Shown in pieces: positions 33,568 through 43,333 of a DNA stretch of 64,000 nt. Position 1 is the first letter of the stretch. Each line of letters begins with the position of its first letter. Under the pieces are notes generated by a model that saw only the letters and a list, made by a program, of their open reading frames with translations, was not told the DNA's origin and ran no database searches. Both the position numbers and the translations under genes were made by a program. Source of the stretch: Alphaproteobacteria bacterium (GTDB lineage Bacteria; Pseudomonadota; Alphaproteobacteria; SP197); assembly GCA_964291265.2 (NCBI GenBank), contig OZ219747.1, forward strand, positions 3,872,001 to 3,936,000. The letters are read 5' to 3'.

Positions 33568-35340
33568 CTAGACCAGGACCATGCCCTGTTCTCTGTGGGC
33601 CTGATCGAGCACCACTTCCTCATCGGGACTCATGGTCACCTGATTGTGGGCGGCGCCGGCAGGGATCATGGGATAGACGTTCTCGTCCGGGTCGACGACG
33701 ATATCGGCGATCACCGTGCGGGGCGTGGCGATCATCTCGTCGACAACATCCTCGAGTTCGTCGGGGTTGGCGGCCCGCAATCCGACAGCACCATAGGCCT
33801 CGGCGAGTTTCACGAAGTCGGGCAGCGAATCCATGTAGCTTTCGGAGTAACGTCCGCCAAAGAAGAACTCCTGCCACTGGCGCACCATTCCCATCCACCT
33901 GTTGTTGAGAATGAACGCCTTGACCGGCAAACGGTACTGCGCCAGCGTCGACATCTCCTGCATGTTCATGAGGATCGAGGCCTCGCCTGCGACATCGACG
34001 ACAAGAGCGTCAGGGTGGGCGATCTGGACGCCGAGCGCCGCTGGCAGCCCATAGCCCATGGTGCCCAGCCCGCCGGACGTCATCCAGTGGTTGGGCTTCT
34101 CGAAGTGCAGGAACTGGGCTGCCCACATCTGGTGCTGACCGACCTCGGTGGTGATGTAGACATCGTCCCTGCCGGCGATGCGCCGGTTGAGAACCTCGAG
34201 CGCCTGCTGCGGCTTGATCAGGGTGTCGGAGCGCTTGTAGCTGAACGACTTGCGCCGGCGCCACGCGCCGATCTGGGTCCACCACTGGTCCAAAGCGTCA
34301 CCGTCACAGCGCGCCTGACGCGACTTCCAGAGCTTGATGAAGTGTTCGAGCACGTAGCCGCAGTCGCCGATGATGGGCACATCGACATGGATGTTCTTGT
34401 TGATCGACGAGGCGTCGATGTCGATGTGGATCTTGCGCGATTCAGGCGAAAACGCATCGGTCCGCCCCGTCACGCGATCATCAAACCTGGCGCCTATGCA
34501 GAGCATCACATCGCAGTCGTGCATGCACATGTTGGCTTCCAGCGAGCCGTGCATGCCGACCATGCCGATGAAGTTCCGGTTGGACGCCGGCAGGGAGCCC
34601 AGCCCCATGAGGGTGAGCGTAGTGGGAATGCCTGTCATGTTGACGAGATTCGTCAACAGCTGTGAGGCCGCGGGACCCGAATTGATGACGCCGCCTCCGG
34701 CATAGATCAGAGGCCGCCTGGCGCCTGCCAGCAGATCGACAGCTTCGGAAATCCGCTCGGGGTCTCCCTTGAGGAGGGGACTGTAAGTGGGATGCTGCAT
34801 CGGCGCCGATGGCCGGGCATAGACGGTGGAGGCCGTCACCACGTCCTTGGGCAGGTCCACCACAACCGGACCGGGACGTCCGCTGGCGGCGACCAGGAAC
34901 GCTTCCCTGACAACGCGCGCGAGGTCGCCGACATTCTTCACCAGATAGTTGTGCTTGGTGCAGGGCCGTGTGATGCCGACGGTATCCGCTTCCTGGAAGG
35001 CATCGTTGCCGATCAGGTGCGTGGGCACCTGGCCCGTCAGACAGACCACGGGCACCGAGTCCATCCAGGCGTCGGCAAGGCCGGTCACGCAGTTGGTTGC
35101 TCCCGGGCCGGAGGTCACAAGCACGACGCCGACCTTGCCGGTCGAGCGGGCATATCCTTCCGCCGCATGCACCGCTGCGCCCTCCTGGCGCACCAGGATG
35201 TGTCGCAGGCTGTTCTGCTGGCACAGCGCATCATAGATCGGCAGCACGGCGCCGCCTGGATAACCGAAGATGACATCCACACCGAGATCCTGGAGGACCT
35301 TGACGAGAATCTCCGAACCGGTCATCTGCTTGTCGGTCAC
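33568..35340 (-). CDS. ilvB: Acetolactate synthase large subunit (biosynthetic)
   Basis: FGYPGGAVLPIYD, TSGPGATN, DAFQEAD, GMVGMHG, VGQHQMWAAQ, SGGLGTMGYG, GMVRQWQ; GTG 35340 chosen as start. Confidence 0.96.
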   Translation of the reverse strand: MTDKQMTGSEILVKVLQDLGVDVIFGYPGGAVLPIYDALCQQNSLRHILVRQEGAAVHAAEGYARSTGKVGVVLVTSGPGATNCVTGLADAWMDSVPVVCLTGQVPTHLIGNDAFQEADTVGITRPCTKHNYLVKNVGDLARVVREAFLVAASGRPGPVVVDLPKDVVTASTVYARPSAPMQHPTYSPLLKGDPERISEAVDLLAGARRPLIYAGGGVINSGPAASQLLTNLVNMTGIPTTLTLMGLGSLPASNRNFIGMVGMHGSLEANMCMHDCDVMLCIGARFDDRVTGRTDAFSPESRKIHIDIDASSINKNIHVDVPIIGDCGYVLEHFIKLWKSRQARCDGDALDQWWTQIGAWRRRKSFSYKRSDTLIKPQQALEVLNRRIAGRDDVYITTEVGQHQMWAAQFLHFEKPNHWMTSGGLGTMGYGLPAALGVQIAHPDALVVDVAGEASILMNMQEMSTLAQYRLPVKAFILNNRWMGMVRQWQEFFFGGRYSESYMDSLPDFVKLAEAYGAVGLRAANPDELEDVVDEMIATPRTVIADIVVDPDENVYPMIPAGAAHNQVTMSPDEEVVLDQAHREQGMVLV

Positions 35341-35433
35341 GAGTCCATCTCTCCGCTGCAGGCGCCAACGGCGCAATCAGGTCAATTCACGGAAGTCCCC
35401 GCGCGCGTCTTGGCGCCGCGTCGCAAGTGCCGG

Positions 35434-35462
35434 AACTTATGCGGACGGCCGTCCGCGGTCAA
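35434..35462 (-). promoter_or_regulatory. Putative sigma70 promoter of ilvBNC with a palindromic spacer
   Basis: Minus strand TTGACC-N17-TAAGTT; the spacer contains the perfect 16-bp palindrome GCGGACGGCCGTCCGC (35441-35456). Confidence 0.5.
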
Positions 35463-35503
35463 CAGAAACCTCACTCTTCCAGGCATCCGCGCCTGTCGAT
35501 ACT

Positions 35504-35527
35504 CCCCCCCCCCCCCCCCCCCCCCCC
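35504..35527. repeat. Homopolymer C24 (G24 on the minus strand)
   Basis: 24 consecutive C counted in the sequence. Confidence 0.9.
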
Positions 35528-35859
35528 GAGCGTGGATTCGCAGGACACGTTCAAGTTCACCGGCAACCGCGCCGCCCCTTCTGCTTGCGACGGGTTGATC
35601 GGTGTTGCCGTTCTGCCCCCCGACACCATCCCGTGACGGAGTTCCGGCAAGCCACCCGATCAGGACAGATGGAGTCGGGCGCGATCCTCCCCGCAAGGAA
35701 ACACTGCACGTTCCGCCGCGGTCGTTGAGAAGATCGCCGGTCCAGCGACGGCCAACCGACATCGACTCCTTGCGCGATCGACATCCAACACAGTGCGCGG
35801 GCCGGCGGTCAAGATTCTCAACGTGAGATCATCAATGGGCGTCGCCCCAACAGCGGGCT

Positions 35860-36219
35860 TGCGCGAGGTCATCATTCGGCATCTGGATCGCTCCCTTCTC
35901 GAACCTGATCGGCGTCGCCCGTCAGACGACGGTTGAATAACGTCGCTCAACCGTGGAAAGTAGTGAAGGAGCCGGATACGGGCCGTCGCTCACTCTCGTC
36001 ACACGGCGCCAGGAGAGGTGCACAGAGATCAACATCAAGGACAACGCAAGCGGCGTGTCGCCCGACATCATCGCCAAGGCATGCCCCCCTTTGCACCGCC
36101 GGGGCGCCGTTCGGACCATGCTGTTCCAGGCGATGTCGTTCGTCTCCGGAAGGGGTGAGATCAGGGTGGAGTCCGAACCGCCGCCGGAAACGGCGGCGAA
36201 GGAATCGAGGACGCGCTGA
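35860..36219 (+). pseudogene. Decayed histidine kinase HATPase_c fragment
   Basis: TLVTRR...EINIKDNASGVSPDII.K (G1-box like) and GEIRVESEP; frameshifted N-box-like LL/NLIG upstream; G2 box lost. Boundaries approximate. Confidence 0.55.
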
Positions 36220-36241
36220 ACAACGGCCGGGAGCACATCAC

Positions 36242-37507
36242 ATGGCGCCAGCGACGAGACGGTGTTTTCTTCGATACGGCCTCGCCGGATGCCTGATGGG
36301 GCTCGGTGCGAAGTCGTCTCGCGCGACAACGTCACCGGGGGTCACCGACAGCGAGATCGTCTTGGGAATGTCTGCCGCGTTCTCGGGACCCTCGCGAGGT
36401 CTCGGCATCGAGCTGTTTCGTGGAGCCAGCGCCTACTTCGAACATGTCAACCAGAACGGCGGCGTCAGGGGCAGGAAGGTCGTCCTGAAGACCTACGACG
36501 ATGGCTATCAACCGGATCCCGCGGTCAAGAACACACTGACTCTCATGCTGGAAGACGAGGTCTTTGCCTTGTTCGGCTATGTCGGCACGCCGACGGTGAC
36601 GCGCGTCCTTCCCATGCTCAAGAAGTTTCAGGAGAGACAGGTCTACCTGTTCTTTCCGTTCACCGGCGCACAGCCCCAGCGGGAGCCGCCCTACGGGGAC
36701 TTCGCCTTCAATCTGCGCGCCTCCTACCGGCAGGAGACAGCGGGTCTTGTCGAGAACCTTGTCGACATCGGTCGCAGGCGCATTGCGGTCTTCTATCAGG
36801 CCGACGCCTACGGCCGCAGCGGCTGGGCGGGCGTGCGCCAGGCCTTGAAGATCCACGGCGAGCGGATTGTCGGTGAAGCGACCTACAGGCGGGGTTCGAA
36901 GTTCACCGGCGTCATGCGTGACCAGGTGGAGATCCTCAAGGCCTCGCGCCCCGATGCCGTCATCTGCATCGGGGCCTATGCCGCATGCGCCGCCTTTCTC
37001 CGGGACGCCGTGGACCTCGGACTGCAGGTGCCCATCGCCAATGTTTCCTTTGTCGGGAGCGAAAACCTGCTCAATCTCATCACCCAGGGGCGTGGCGACG
37101 GCGAGCGATACACCGATCTCCTGGTGAACTCGCAGGTTGTGCCCAGCTACCATGACACGACGATCCCGGCGGTCAAGCAATACCAGGAGCTGATGGCGCT
37201 CCATGCTCCCTCGGCCCCAGAGAAACTGCTGAAGGAAAGCTATGCGCCGTTCTCGCACAGCTTTGTAAGCCTTGAGGGCTTTCTCGATGCCAAGATGATG
37301 GTCGAGATTCTCGAGCGCCTTGGCCGAAGCCCGGAACGAGGCGCACTGGAGGATGCGGTCTTCAGCATATCGGACTACGACCTGGGAATCGGCGAGGCCG
37401 TGTCATTCGGACCGCAGCGGCGTCAGGGCCTGCAGGGAGTCTATTACACCGTTGTCGATGAGGGTCGCTTCGTTCCGCTCCACCACTGGCAAGGCAGGTT
37501 TGGCTGA
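36242..37507 (+). CDS. LivJ-like periplasmic solute-binding protein (branched-chain amino acid ABC SBP fold), Tat-like signal
   Basis: TRRCFL signal; GVTDSEIVLGMSAAFSGP, GGVRGRK...YDDGYQP, GYVGTPT, FNLRASY..E, FYQADAYG. Confidence 0.88.
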   Translation: MAPATRRCFLRYGLAGCLMGLGAKSSRATTSPGVTDSEIVLGMSAAFSGPSRGLGIELFRGASAYFEHVNQNGGVRGRKVVLKTYDDGYQPDPAVKNTLTLMLEDEVFALFGYVGTPTVTRVLPMLKKFQERQVYLFFPFTGAQPQREPPYGDFAFNLRASYRQETAGLVENLVDIGRRRIAVFYQADAYGRSGWAGVRQALKIHGERIVGEATYRRGSKFTGVMRDQVEILKASRPDAVICIGAYAACAAFLRDAVDLGLQVPIANVSFVGSENLLNLITQGRGDGERYTDLLVNSQVVPSYHDTTIPAVKQYQELMALHAPSAPEKLLKESYAPFSHSFVSLEGFLDAKMMVEILERLGRSPERGALEDAVFSISDYDLGIGEAVSFGPQRRQGLQGVYYTVVDEGRFVPLHHWQGRFG

Positions 37508-37508
37508 C

Positions 37509-38258
37509 ATGAAAATACCCAAACTGTTCCGCAAGACACTCTTTGGCGTTTTCCTTCTGTTCGGTGTGATCGGGGTATCGACGTCCTTGCTGTGTATCTA
37601 CACGGTCGACACGCACTTGTCCAGAGAGTATGAGGCGAACAGCAGGGGCATCGCCAAGACCATTGCCAATGCCAGCGTGAATATCCTGCTCAACAGCAAC
37701 CTCACCGCCCTGCAGTCCATGATTGATCAGTTCATCGAGATTCAGGGTGTGAGCTACATTTACATTACAAGCGAAACCGGGGAAATCCTTGCCCATACCT
37801 TCGTGCCGGGCATTCCAGACGAAATCACGGCCGGTGATGTGACCGGCACGGCAACGGTGGAGCGCAGCCTGCCCGGCAAGGGCGACTTCATCGAGGTAGG
37901 GAGCCCGATATTGGCGGGCGTGGCCGGTACGGTTCACATAGGCATGGACACGGGGTTGATCGCATTGAAAATCCAGAGGGCCATCGGTCAGCAGATTTAC
38001 CTTATCTGCACGATATTCGTCGTCGGTGTCTTTGCCGCCATCTGGTTCGTCAACTATGCGGCCAGACCGGTTGACGGGCTTCTGACTTTCGCTGTCAGTC
38101 TCGCACGTGAGCAGGCGGCTGATGGAGCAGCCGGTGAGAAGTTGCTGACCCGCAACGACGAAGCCGGGGATCTGGCGCGACTGATACTTCACTTTTCGCA
38201 AGTGACGGAGTCCGATGGAACGAAACGGCAGCCAGAGTCAAGGCACGACGGGGAGTAG
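37509..38258 (+). CDS. Membrane sensor-like protein: 2 TM, periplasmic domain, degenerate HAMP, no output domain
   Basis: Two hydrophobic segments flank a ~125-aa loop (ILAHTF, GTVHIGMD); HAMP-like RPV..L...RNDEAGDLAR, then stop. Confidence 0.75.
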   Translation: MKIPKLFRKTLFGVFLLFGVIGVSTSLLCIYTVDTHLSREYEANSRGIAKTIANASVNILLNSNLTALQSMIDQFIEIQGVSYIYITSETGEILAHTFVPGIPDEITAGDVTGTATVERSLPGKGDFIEVGSPILAGVAGTVHIGMDTGLIALKIQRAIGQQIYLICTIFVVGVFAAIWFVNYAARPVDGLLTFAVSLAREQAADGAAGEKLLTRNDEAGDLARLILHFSQVTESDGTKRQPESRHDGE

Positions 38259-38264
38259 TCCGAC

Positions 38265-39581
38265 ATGACACGGTCGCGAATAGTCACGATCCTGTGCTGT
38301 ACACTGCTTCAAGTCTGCCTGGGTACCGTCTACGCGTGGAGCTTTTTCCAGACACTCCTCGTCAGGCAGCTGGGTTGGTCGTTCACGGACACGGCCCTGG
38401 CCTTCAGCATCACCATATTCTCGCTCGGCATGTCCGCGGCGGGAGCGGGCATGCTCTTGCCGAGGGTTGGTCCCCGGCGACTGGCGCTCGCTGGAAGCGC
38501 GATGTTCTCGGCAGGCTACATCCTGGGGGGATTCGCACTCCACATGGACAGTCTTGCGCTCTTCTATCTTGGTTACGGCGTGATCGGGGGTATCGGCATC
38601 GGCCTCGGCTACGTCACACCCGTTGCCACAGTGGCCAAGTGGTTCCCTGACCGCAAGGGACTGGCGACCGGCATTGTCGTCATGGGCTTCGGGGTAGGGG
38701 CCGTTGTCCTGAGCATGGGACTCGCGCCGTTGCTGGTGGTCGAAACACAAGGAGACCTGCCGCTTGTCTTCATATGGCTTGGCGTGGTGTTTGCCGTCGT
38801 GCTGATCCCGTGCAGTTGGGCGCTGCGGGATCCACCAACAGACATCACGGACCACCTTGCTGGCGCTGAGAGTTCAGGTGAGCGAGAGGACGACCCTGGC
38901 TCGACTTCGCGTTGCCTGCTGTCCGGTGAATTCGCCATCATGTGGATTGTCTTCTTCTTCAACATCGCCGCCGGAATTGCCGTAATCAGCTTTCAGTCAC
39001 CCCTGCTTCAGGACGTCTGGGGACTCGCCGATCCGTCAGTGGAGCCGGAAACTCTCGCCGAGTATGGCGCCACCCTGATTGCCGTAAGCTCGCTTTGCAA
39101 CGGTATCGGACGGCTGTTCTGGGGATTGCTTTCCGATAGAATTGGTCGTGTCCGCGTGTTCAGAATTCTGCTTGCCAGCCAGATGATCGCCTTTGGAATT
39201 CTGATGACCGAACGTGATCCGTGGATTTTTTCAATTCTCGTGTGCTACATCCTCCTGTGTTTCGGCGGCGGCTTCGCGACGATGCCCTCCTTCATTCTGG
39301 ATGTCTTCGGAATACGGAGAATGCCGTCAGTTTACGGCGTGATGTTGACGGCCTGGGCGGCGGCAGGGGTTTGTGGTCCCCTCTACATCGGCTATCTCAA
39401 GGATCAGTATCCAGACCGCGCCATCATCTACAGCTTCCTCATCGGTGTGCTGATCCTGGGCGCTGGATACGTCTTTTCCTATCTGTTGAATGACGGTAGA
39501 ATTCGACTTCGACGACCCACTGTGGAAGGCACCTTGCGGCAGTACGGAATTGCGGTACCGCGTCACGGATCTGCGGGGTGA
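38265..39581 (+). CDS. OFA-family MFS transporter (oxalate/formate antiporter-like)
   Basis: LGTVYAWS, GIGLGYVTPV...KWFPDRKGLATG..VMGFG, NGIGRLFWG.LSDRIGR, FGGGFATMP. Confidence 0.9.
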   Translation: MTRSRIVTILCCTLLQVCLGTVYAWSFFQTLLVRQLGWSFTDTALAFSITIFSLGMSAAGAGMLLPRVGPRRLALAGSAMFSAGYILGGFALHMDSLALFYLGYGVIGGIGIGLGYVTPVATVAKWFPDRKGLATGIVVMGFGVGAVVLSMGLAPLLVVETQGDLPLVFIWLGVVFAVVLIPCSWALRDPPTDITDHLAGAESSGEREDDPGSTSRCLLSGEFAIMWIVFFFNIAAGIAVISFQSPLLQDVWGLADPSVEPETLAEYGATLIAVSSLCNGIGRLFWGLLSDRIGRVRVFRILLASQMIAFGILMTERDPWIFSILVCYILLCFGGGFATMPSFILDVFGIRRMPSVYGVMLTAWAAAGVCGPLYIGYLKDQYPDRAIIYSFLIGVLILGAGYVFSYLLNDGRIRLRRPTVEGTLRQYGIAVPRHGSAG

Positions 39582-39744
39582 ACACAAGACCCTCCCTGGT
39601 GTCCCTGCCATGTCGAGCGGGTGTGACAACCGGGAGACTTGCCCCCTGACGAGGAACGGCAGGCCTCCCCCTGTACTCGGTTGCCCGCAGCGTGTCGGCG
39701 CACGTCTCACGGGCGGCGGCACACCGACGTGGGCTGCCTGAAGA

Positions 39745-40698
39745 TCACGCCATGCGGGTGGAAGAGGCTGACAGGAAACGCCGGGCCAGGGTGATGATGT
39801 GGTCCGCGCTTCCGTCGTCACCGAAGGCATCGAGGAGCAGTGCCTCTTCGGCCTGATGGCGGAACCACGTGAACTGCCTGCGGGCGTAGCGTCGCGTTGC
39901 CCGCCTCGCCTCGTCACACGCCTCTTCGAGAGTGAGACGTCCGGTCAGGTGAGCCGTGAGACTAGCGAGACCGACACAACGTGTGGCCGGCAGGGATGGG
40001 GCGAGACGTCGTGCCGCGAAGGCCTCGGCTTCCTCGAGGGCGCCCGCTGCCATCATCCCGTCAAAGCGGCCAACCGCGCGTTCGAAGAGCAGGGCACGGT
40101 CAGGAAGCAGGCTGATCTGCCACAGTGGTCCCTTCCAACCTCCCTCGCGGGATCGCGTCATCCACTCGGAGAGCCGCGTTCCGGTGGCCTCGTGAACCTC
40201 GTGGGCCCGGGCGACCCGCTGGCCGTCGGTGGACGCAAGAACCACCGCCAGGTCCGGGTCGATCCGCTCAAGGTCGGCGTGAAGCGCTGCGGGGCCCTCG
40301 GTCGCCAGACGCTGGCGGACCCTTTCGCGGATGCCGCCCGGAATGTCCGGGATCGGCGCCAGTCCCTCGCGGAATGCCTTGAGATAGAGACCGGTCCCGC
40401 CGACAACGATCGGCACCAGGCCGGATGAGGACACCTCGAGGCAGATCCCGCGTGCACGACGATGCCACAGACCGGCCGAACAGGGTGCGGCCGCATCGAG
40501 AAAGCCGAAGAGGTGGTGCCCGCAGCGCGCTTCGTCCGAAGCCGTCGGACGGGACGTCAGGATCGCGAGATCTGCATAGACCTGCATGCTGTCGGCATTG
40601 ACGATGACGCCGCCCACGTCCTCGGCAAGGCGCATGGCGAGGTTCGACTTGCCCGATGCGGTCGGCCCGCCAATGAGGATGACCGGACCGGTCTCCAC
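39745..40698 (-). CDS. miaA: tRNA dimethylallyltransferase
   Basis: GPTASGKS, NADSMQVY, VGGTGLY, TRRYARRQFTWFR; GTG 40698 chosen as start. Confidence 0.95.
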   Translation of the reverse strand: METGPVILIGGPTASGKSNLAMRLAEDVGGVIVNADSMQVYADLAILTSRPTASDEARCGHHLFGFLDAAAPCSAGLWHRRARGICLEVSSSGLVPIVVGGTGLYLKAFREGLAPIPDIPGGIRERVRQRLATEGPAALHADLERIDPDLAVVLASTDGQRVARAHEVHEATGTRLSEWMTRSREGGWKGPLWQISLLPDRALLFERAVGRFDGMMAAGALEEAEAFAARRLAPSLPATRCVGLASLTAHLTGRLTLEEACDEARRATRRYARRQFTWFRHQAEEALLLDAFGDDGSADHIITLARRFLSASSTRMA

Positions 40699-40732
40699 GC
40701 CCTTGTTAAGCGCGCTCACCGGCGAAGGGGGA

Positions 40733-42202
40733 TCAACCGGAGATGTCCAGGGCCAGGTACCTCGGATCACCCTCGCGTTCGACGAGAACGACCACGGACC
40801 GGGCATTTCTTTTCCGTGCTGCCTCGAGGAGGTCCCTCACCTGCTGAACGGACTCCACCGCCTCGCGTCCGACATGGAGCAGGATGTCGCCGGCCTGGAC
40901 ACCTCCACGGTCCGCCGGGCCACCCGGTTCAACCCTCGCGACAACAAGACCCGTTGCCTCATCGTCAAGCCCGAACTCACGGGCAAGATCGGGGTTGACC
41001 GGACGGATCTCCATTCCGAGCAGAGCCTCTTGCCGGACATCCTCGGTGCTGTCGGCGCCGTCGCCTGTCTGGTCCGTGGCGCCGGCAAGGCTGGCTTCGT
41101 AGGCTTCGAGTTCTCCCAGCACCACATCGATGGCACGCTCCTCGCTGTCGCGGATGACGATGACCTCGACCTCGAGGCCTACCTCTGTCCGCACGACGGC
41201 ACGCGGCAATTCGCGCATGTCGTCAATCGGGATGCCGTTGAAGCTCACGATGGTGTCGCCGATCTGGAACCCGGCAGCTTCAGCAGGACTGTCAGGCGTG
41301 ACACTCGCCACAAGGGCGCCGCTCGCTTCGGGGAGACCGAGACCTTCGGCGATTTCCGGGGTGACCGGCTGAATGCGCACGCCGAGCCAGCCGCGGCGTG
41401 TCCGGCCATACTCCTTCAACTGGTGGACGACATGCGCCACCACGTTCGAGGGGACGGCAAATCCGATTCCCACGGATCCACCCGACGGCGAGTAGATCAG
41501 GGTGTTCACGCCGATGACCTCGCCGTCGATGTTGAACAGCGGTCCCCCCGAATTGCCGCGGTTGATGGGCGCGTCGGTCTGCAGGAACTGATCATAGGGA
41601 CCGGCGTTGATGTCCCGCTGGCGCGCCGAAATGACACCCGCCGTCACGGAATTGCCGAAGCCGAAGGGGTTGCCGATGGCAAGGGCGACATCTCCGATGC
41701 GCACGACATCCGAATCGCCGAAGGCCACCGCCGGCAACGTGCCGTCTGCCTCGACGCTGAGCAAAGCAATGTCGGTCTTGGAATCAGTCGCCACCACGGT
41801 GGCCTCGTGTTCGGTTCCGTCGTCAAGGCGCACGAGGATCTTCGAAGCCTTGTCGATGACATGGGCGTTGGTCACGATGTGGCCATCTTCGTGGATGATG
41901 AACCCGGATCCCAGCGCCCACGGCGCCGAGCGCGGCGCGCTGTTCTCCCTGTCAGGATTCTGCCGGTTGAAGAACCGCTCGAAGAACTCCTCGAACGGTG
42001 TTCCCGAGTAGGGATTGGTCCCTGAACGGTTTCCGTCGGCGACCTCGGTTTCGGTGAAGATCGATACCACCGAGGGAAGCAGGCGCTCCGCCAGGTCGGC
42101 ATGGCCTTCGCCCGTCCCGTGTGCATGGCTTGCGGTGCCGGAGAAACCGGCAAGGAGAAAAGTCAAAACAACAGGGAGATAACCAGTCCGGTTCATCGTC
42201 AT
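40733..42202 (-). CDS. degP: Do/DegQ-family serine endopeptidase with two PDZ domains
   Basis: Signal peptide, LGSGFII, TNAHV, TDIALL, QTDAPINRGNSGGPL, RGWLGV. Confidence 0.92.
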   Translation of the reverse strand: MTMNRTGYLPVVLTFLLAGFSGTASHAHGTGEGHADLAERLLPSVVSIFTETEVADGNRSGTNPYSGTPFEEFFERFFNRQNPDRENSAPRSAPWALGSGFIIHEDGHIVTNAHVIDKASKILVRLDDGTEHEATVVATDSKTDIALLSVEADGTLPAVAFGDSDVVRIGDVALAIGNPFGFGNSVTAGVISARQRDINAGPYDQFLQTDAPINRGNSGGPLFNIDGEVIGVNTLIYSPSGGSVGIGFAVPSNVVAHVVHQLKEYGRTRRGWLGVRIQPVTPEIAEGLGLPEASGALVASVTPDSPAEAAGFQIGDTIVSFNGIPIDDMRELPRAVVRTEVGLEVEVIVIRDSEERAIDVVLGELEAYEASLAGATDQTGDGADSTEDVRQEALLGMEIRPVNPDLAREFGLDDEATGLVVARVEPGGPADRGGVQAGDILLHVGREAVESVQQVRDLLEAARKRNARSVVVLVEREGDPRYLALDISG

Positions 42203-42229
42203 GTCACGACCTCTGTCTAGGCATGTCAT

Positions 42230-42405
42230 TCAGCCGCGCAACAACCAGACGGCTGTCACGGCGGCCAGGTCTACCGGCAGACCGTTCGCACGGTGGACTG
42301 GGCCAGAACATGCACCATGGCCCGCTTCATGGCGCCCGGGAACTGTGCCCAGGCGACGCCTCGAGGAAACAGGGCCATGGCACGCGCCACAGCAAGGTCT
42401 GTCAT
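42230..42405 (-). pseudogene. DUF2065-family small membrane protein, frameshifted remnant
   Basis: MTDLAVA..ALF../..VAWAQFPGAMKRAMVHVL... stops early; the typical C-terminus AVWLLRG* lies in another frame. Span is 176 nt, at the usual position between hflC and degP. Confidence 0.6.
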
Positions 42406-42433
42406 CGGCGCCCGGTCAGACGGTGTTCCACCC

Positions 42434-43330
42434 CTATTCGGCGAATGTGTCAGAACGAGGGCCGGTCTGCAGGCCCTCGAAACTCGTCAGGAAACGCAGG
42501 AAGTCTCCGTCCGGCGACAGCACCAGTGTGGTATCCGTGGAATTGAGCGCCTCGCGATAGGCCTGCATGGTGCGATAGAACGTGAAGAAATCCACGTCGC
42601 GGCCGAAGGCCTCGGCAAAGATGCGCACCACTTCCCCGTCCCCCTCACCACGCAGGATTTCGGAATCGCGCCTTGCTTCCGACAGCAGCACGGTGCGGGT
42701 CCGGTCGGCTTCGGCGCGAATGCGCAATGACTGTTCCTCGCCTTCGGCGCGGATCTCGCTTGCCTCGCGCTCACGCTCGGTCTGCATGCGCCGGTAGATG
42801 GCCTGGCTGTTTTCCTGGGGAAGGTCGGTGCGCTTGATGCGCACGTCCGTCACCTCGATGCCATACTGCTCGGTCGCCCTGATCAGGGATTCCTGAATCG
42901 CGCTCATCAACGCCTCGCGTTCACCCGAAACGACATCGACCAGCGGCACGCGCCCGATGTGCTGGCGCAGCGTTCCGGTCAGCGTTCTCAGCATGAACCC
43001 CTCGAAACGGTCGATGGTGATCGCCGAGTTCTTGAACTTCAGGGGATCCGTGATTCGATAGAGTGCGAAGGCATCGACAACCAGGCGCTTCTGGTCCGAC
43101 GCGGTCACCTGTTCGGGCTCTCCATCGACCTGGATGATGCGTTTTTCGTAGTAGATGACGTCCTGCCAGGGAAGCTTGAAATCGAGACCAGGCTCGGTCA
43201 CCACCCGCTTGGGATCACCGAACTGGACGACGATCCCCTGCTCGTACTCGGCGACGGTGAAGACCGACATGGAACCGACCACCATGAGAGCGGCAACGGC
43301 GATGACTGAGAGAATGATCTTGATGTTCAT
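42434..43330 (-). CDS. hflC: FtsH protease modulator HflC
   Basis: SPFH domain, DQKRLVVDAF, VRIKRTDLP..NS..IY.RM.TER, FFTFYRTM.AY. Confidence 0.96.
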   Translation of the reverse strand: MNIKIILSVIAVAALMVVGSMSVFTVAEYEQGIVVQFGDPKRVVTEPGLDFKLPWQDVIYYEKRIIQVDGEPEQVTASDQKRLVVDAFALYRITDPLKFKNSAITIDRFEGFMLRTLTGTLRQHIGRVPLVDVVSGEREALMSAIQESLIRATEQYGIEVTDVRIKRTDLPQENSQAIYRRMQTEREREASEIRAEGEEQSLRIRAEADRTRTVLLSEARRDSEILRGEGDGEVVRIFAEAFGRDVDFFTFYRTMQAYREALNSTDTTLVLSPDGDFLRFLTSFEGLQTGPRSDTFAE

Positions 43331-43333
43331 GGT

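Noticed and set aside
35933-36241. N-terminal extension of the 524-aa ORF
   Set aside because: Low-complexity read-through over the kinase remnant; the Tat-like signal begins at ATG 36242.
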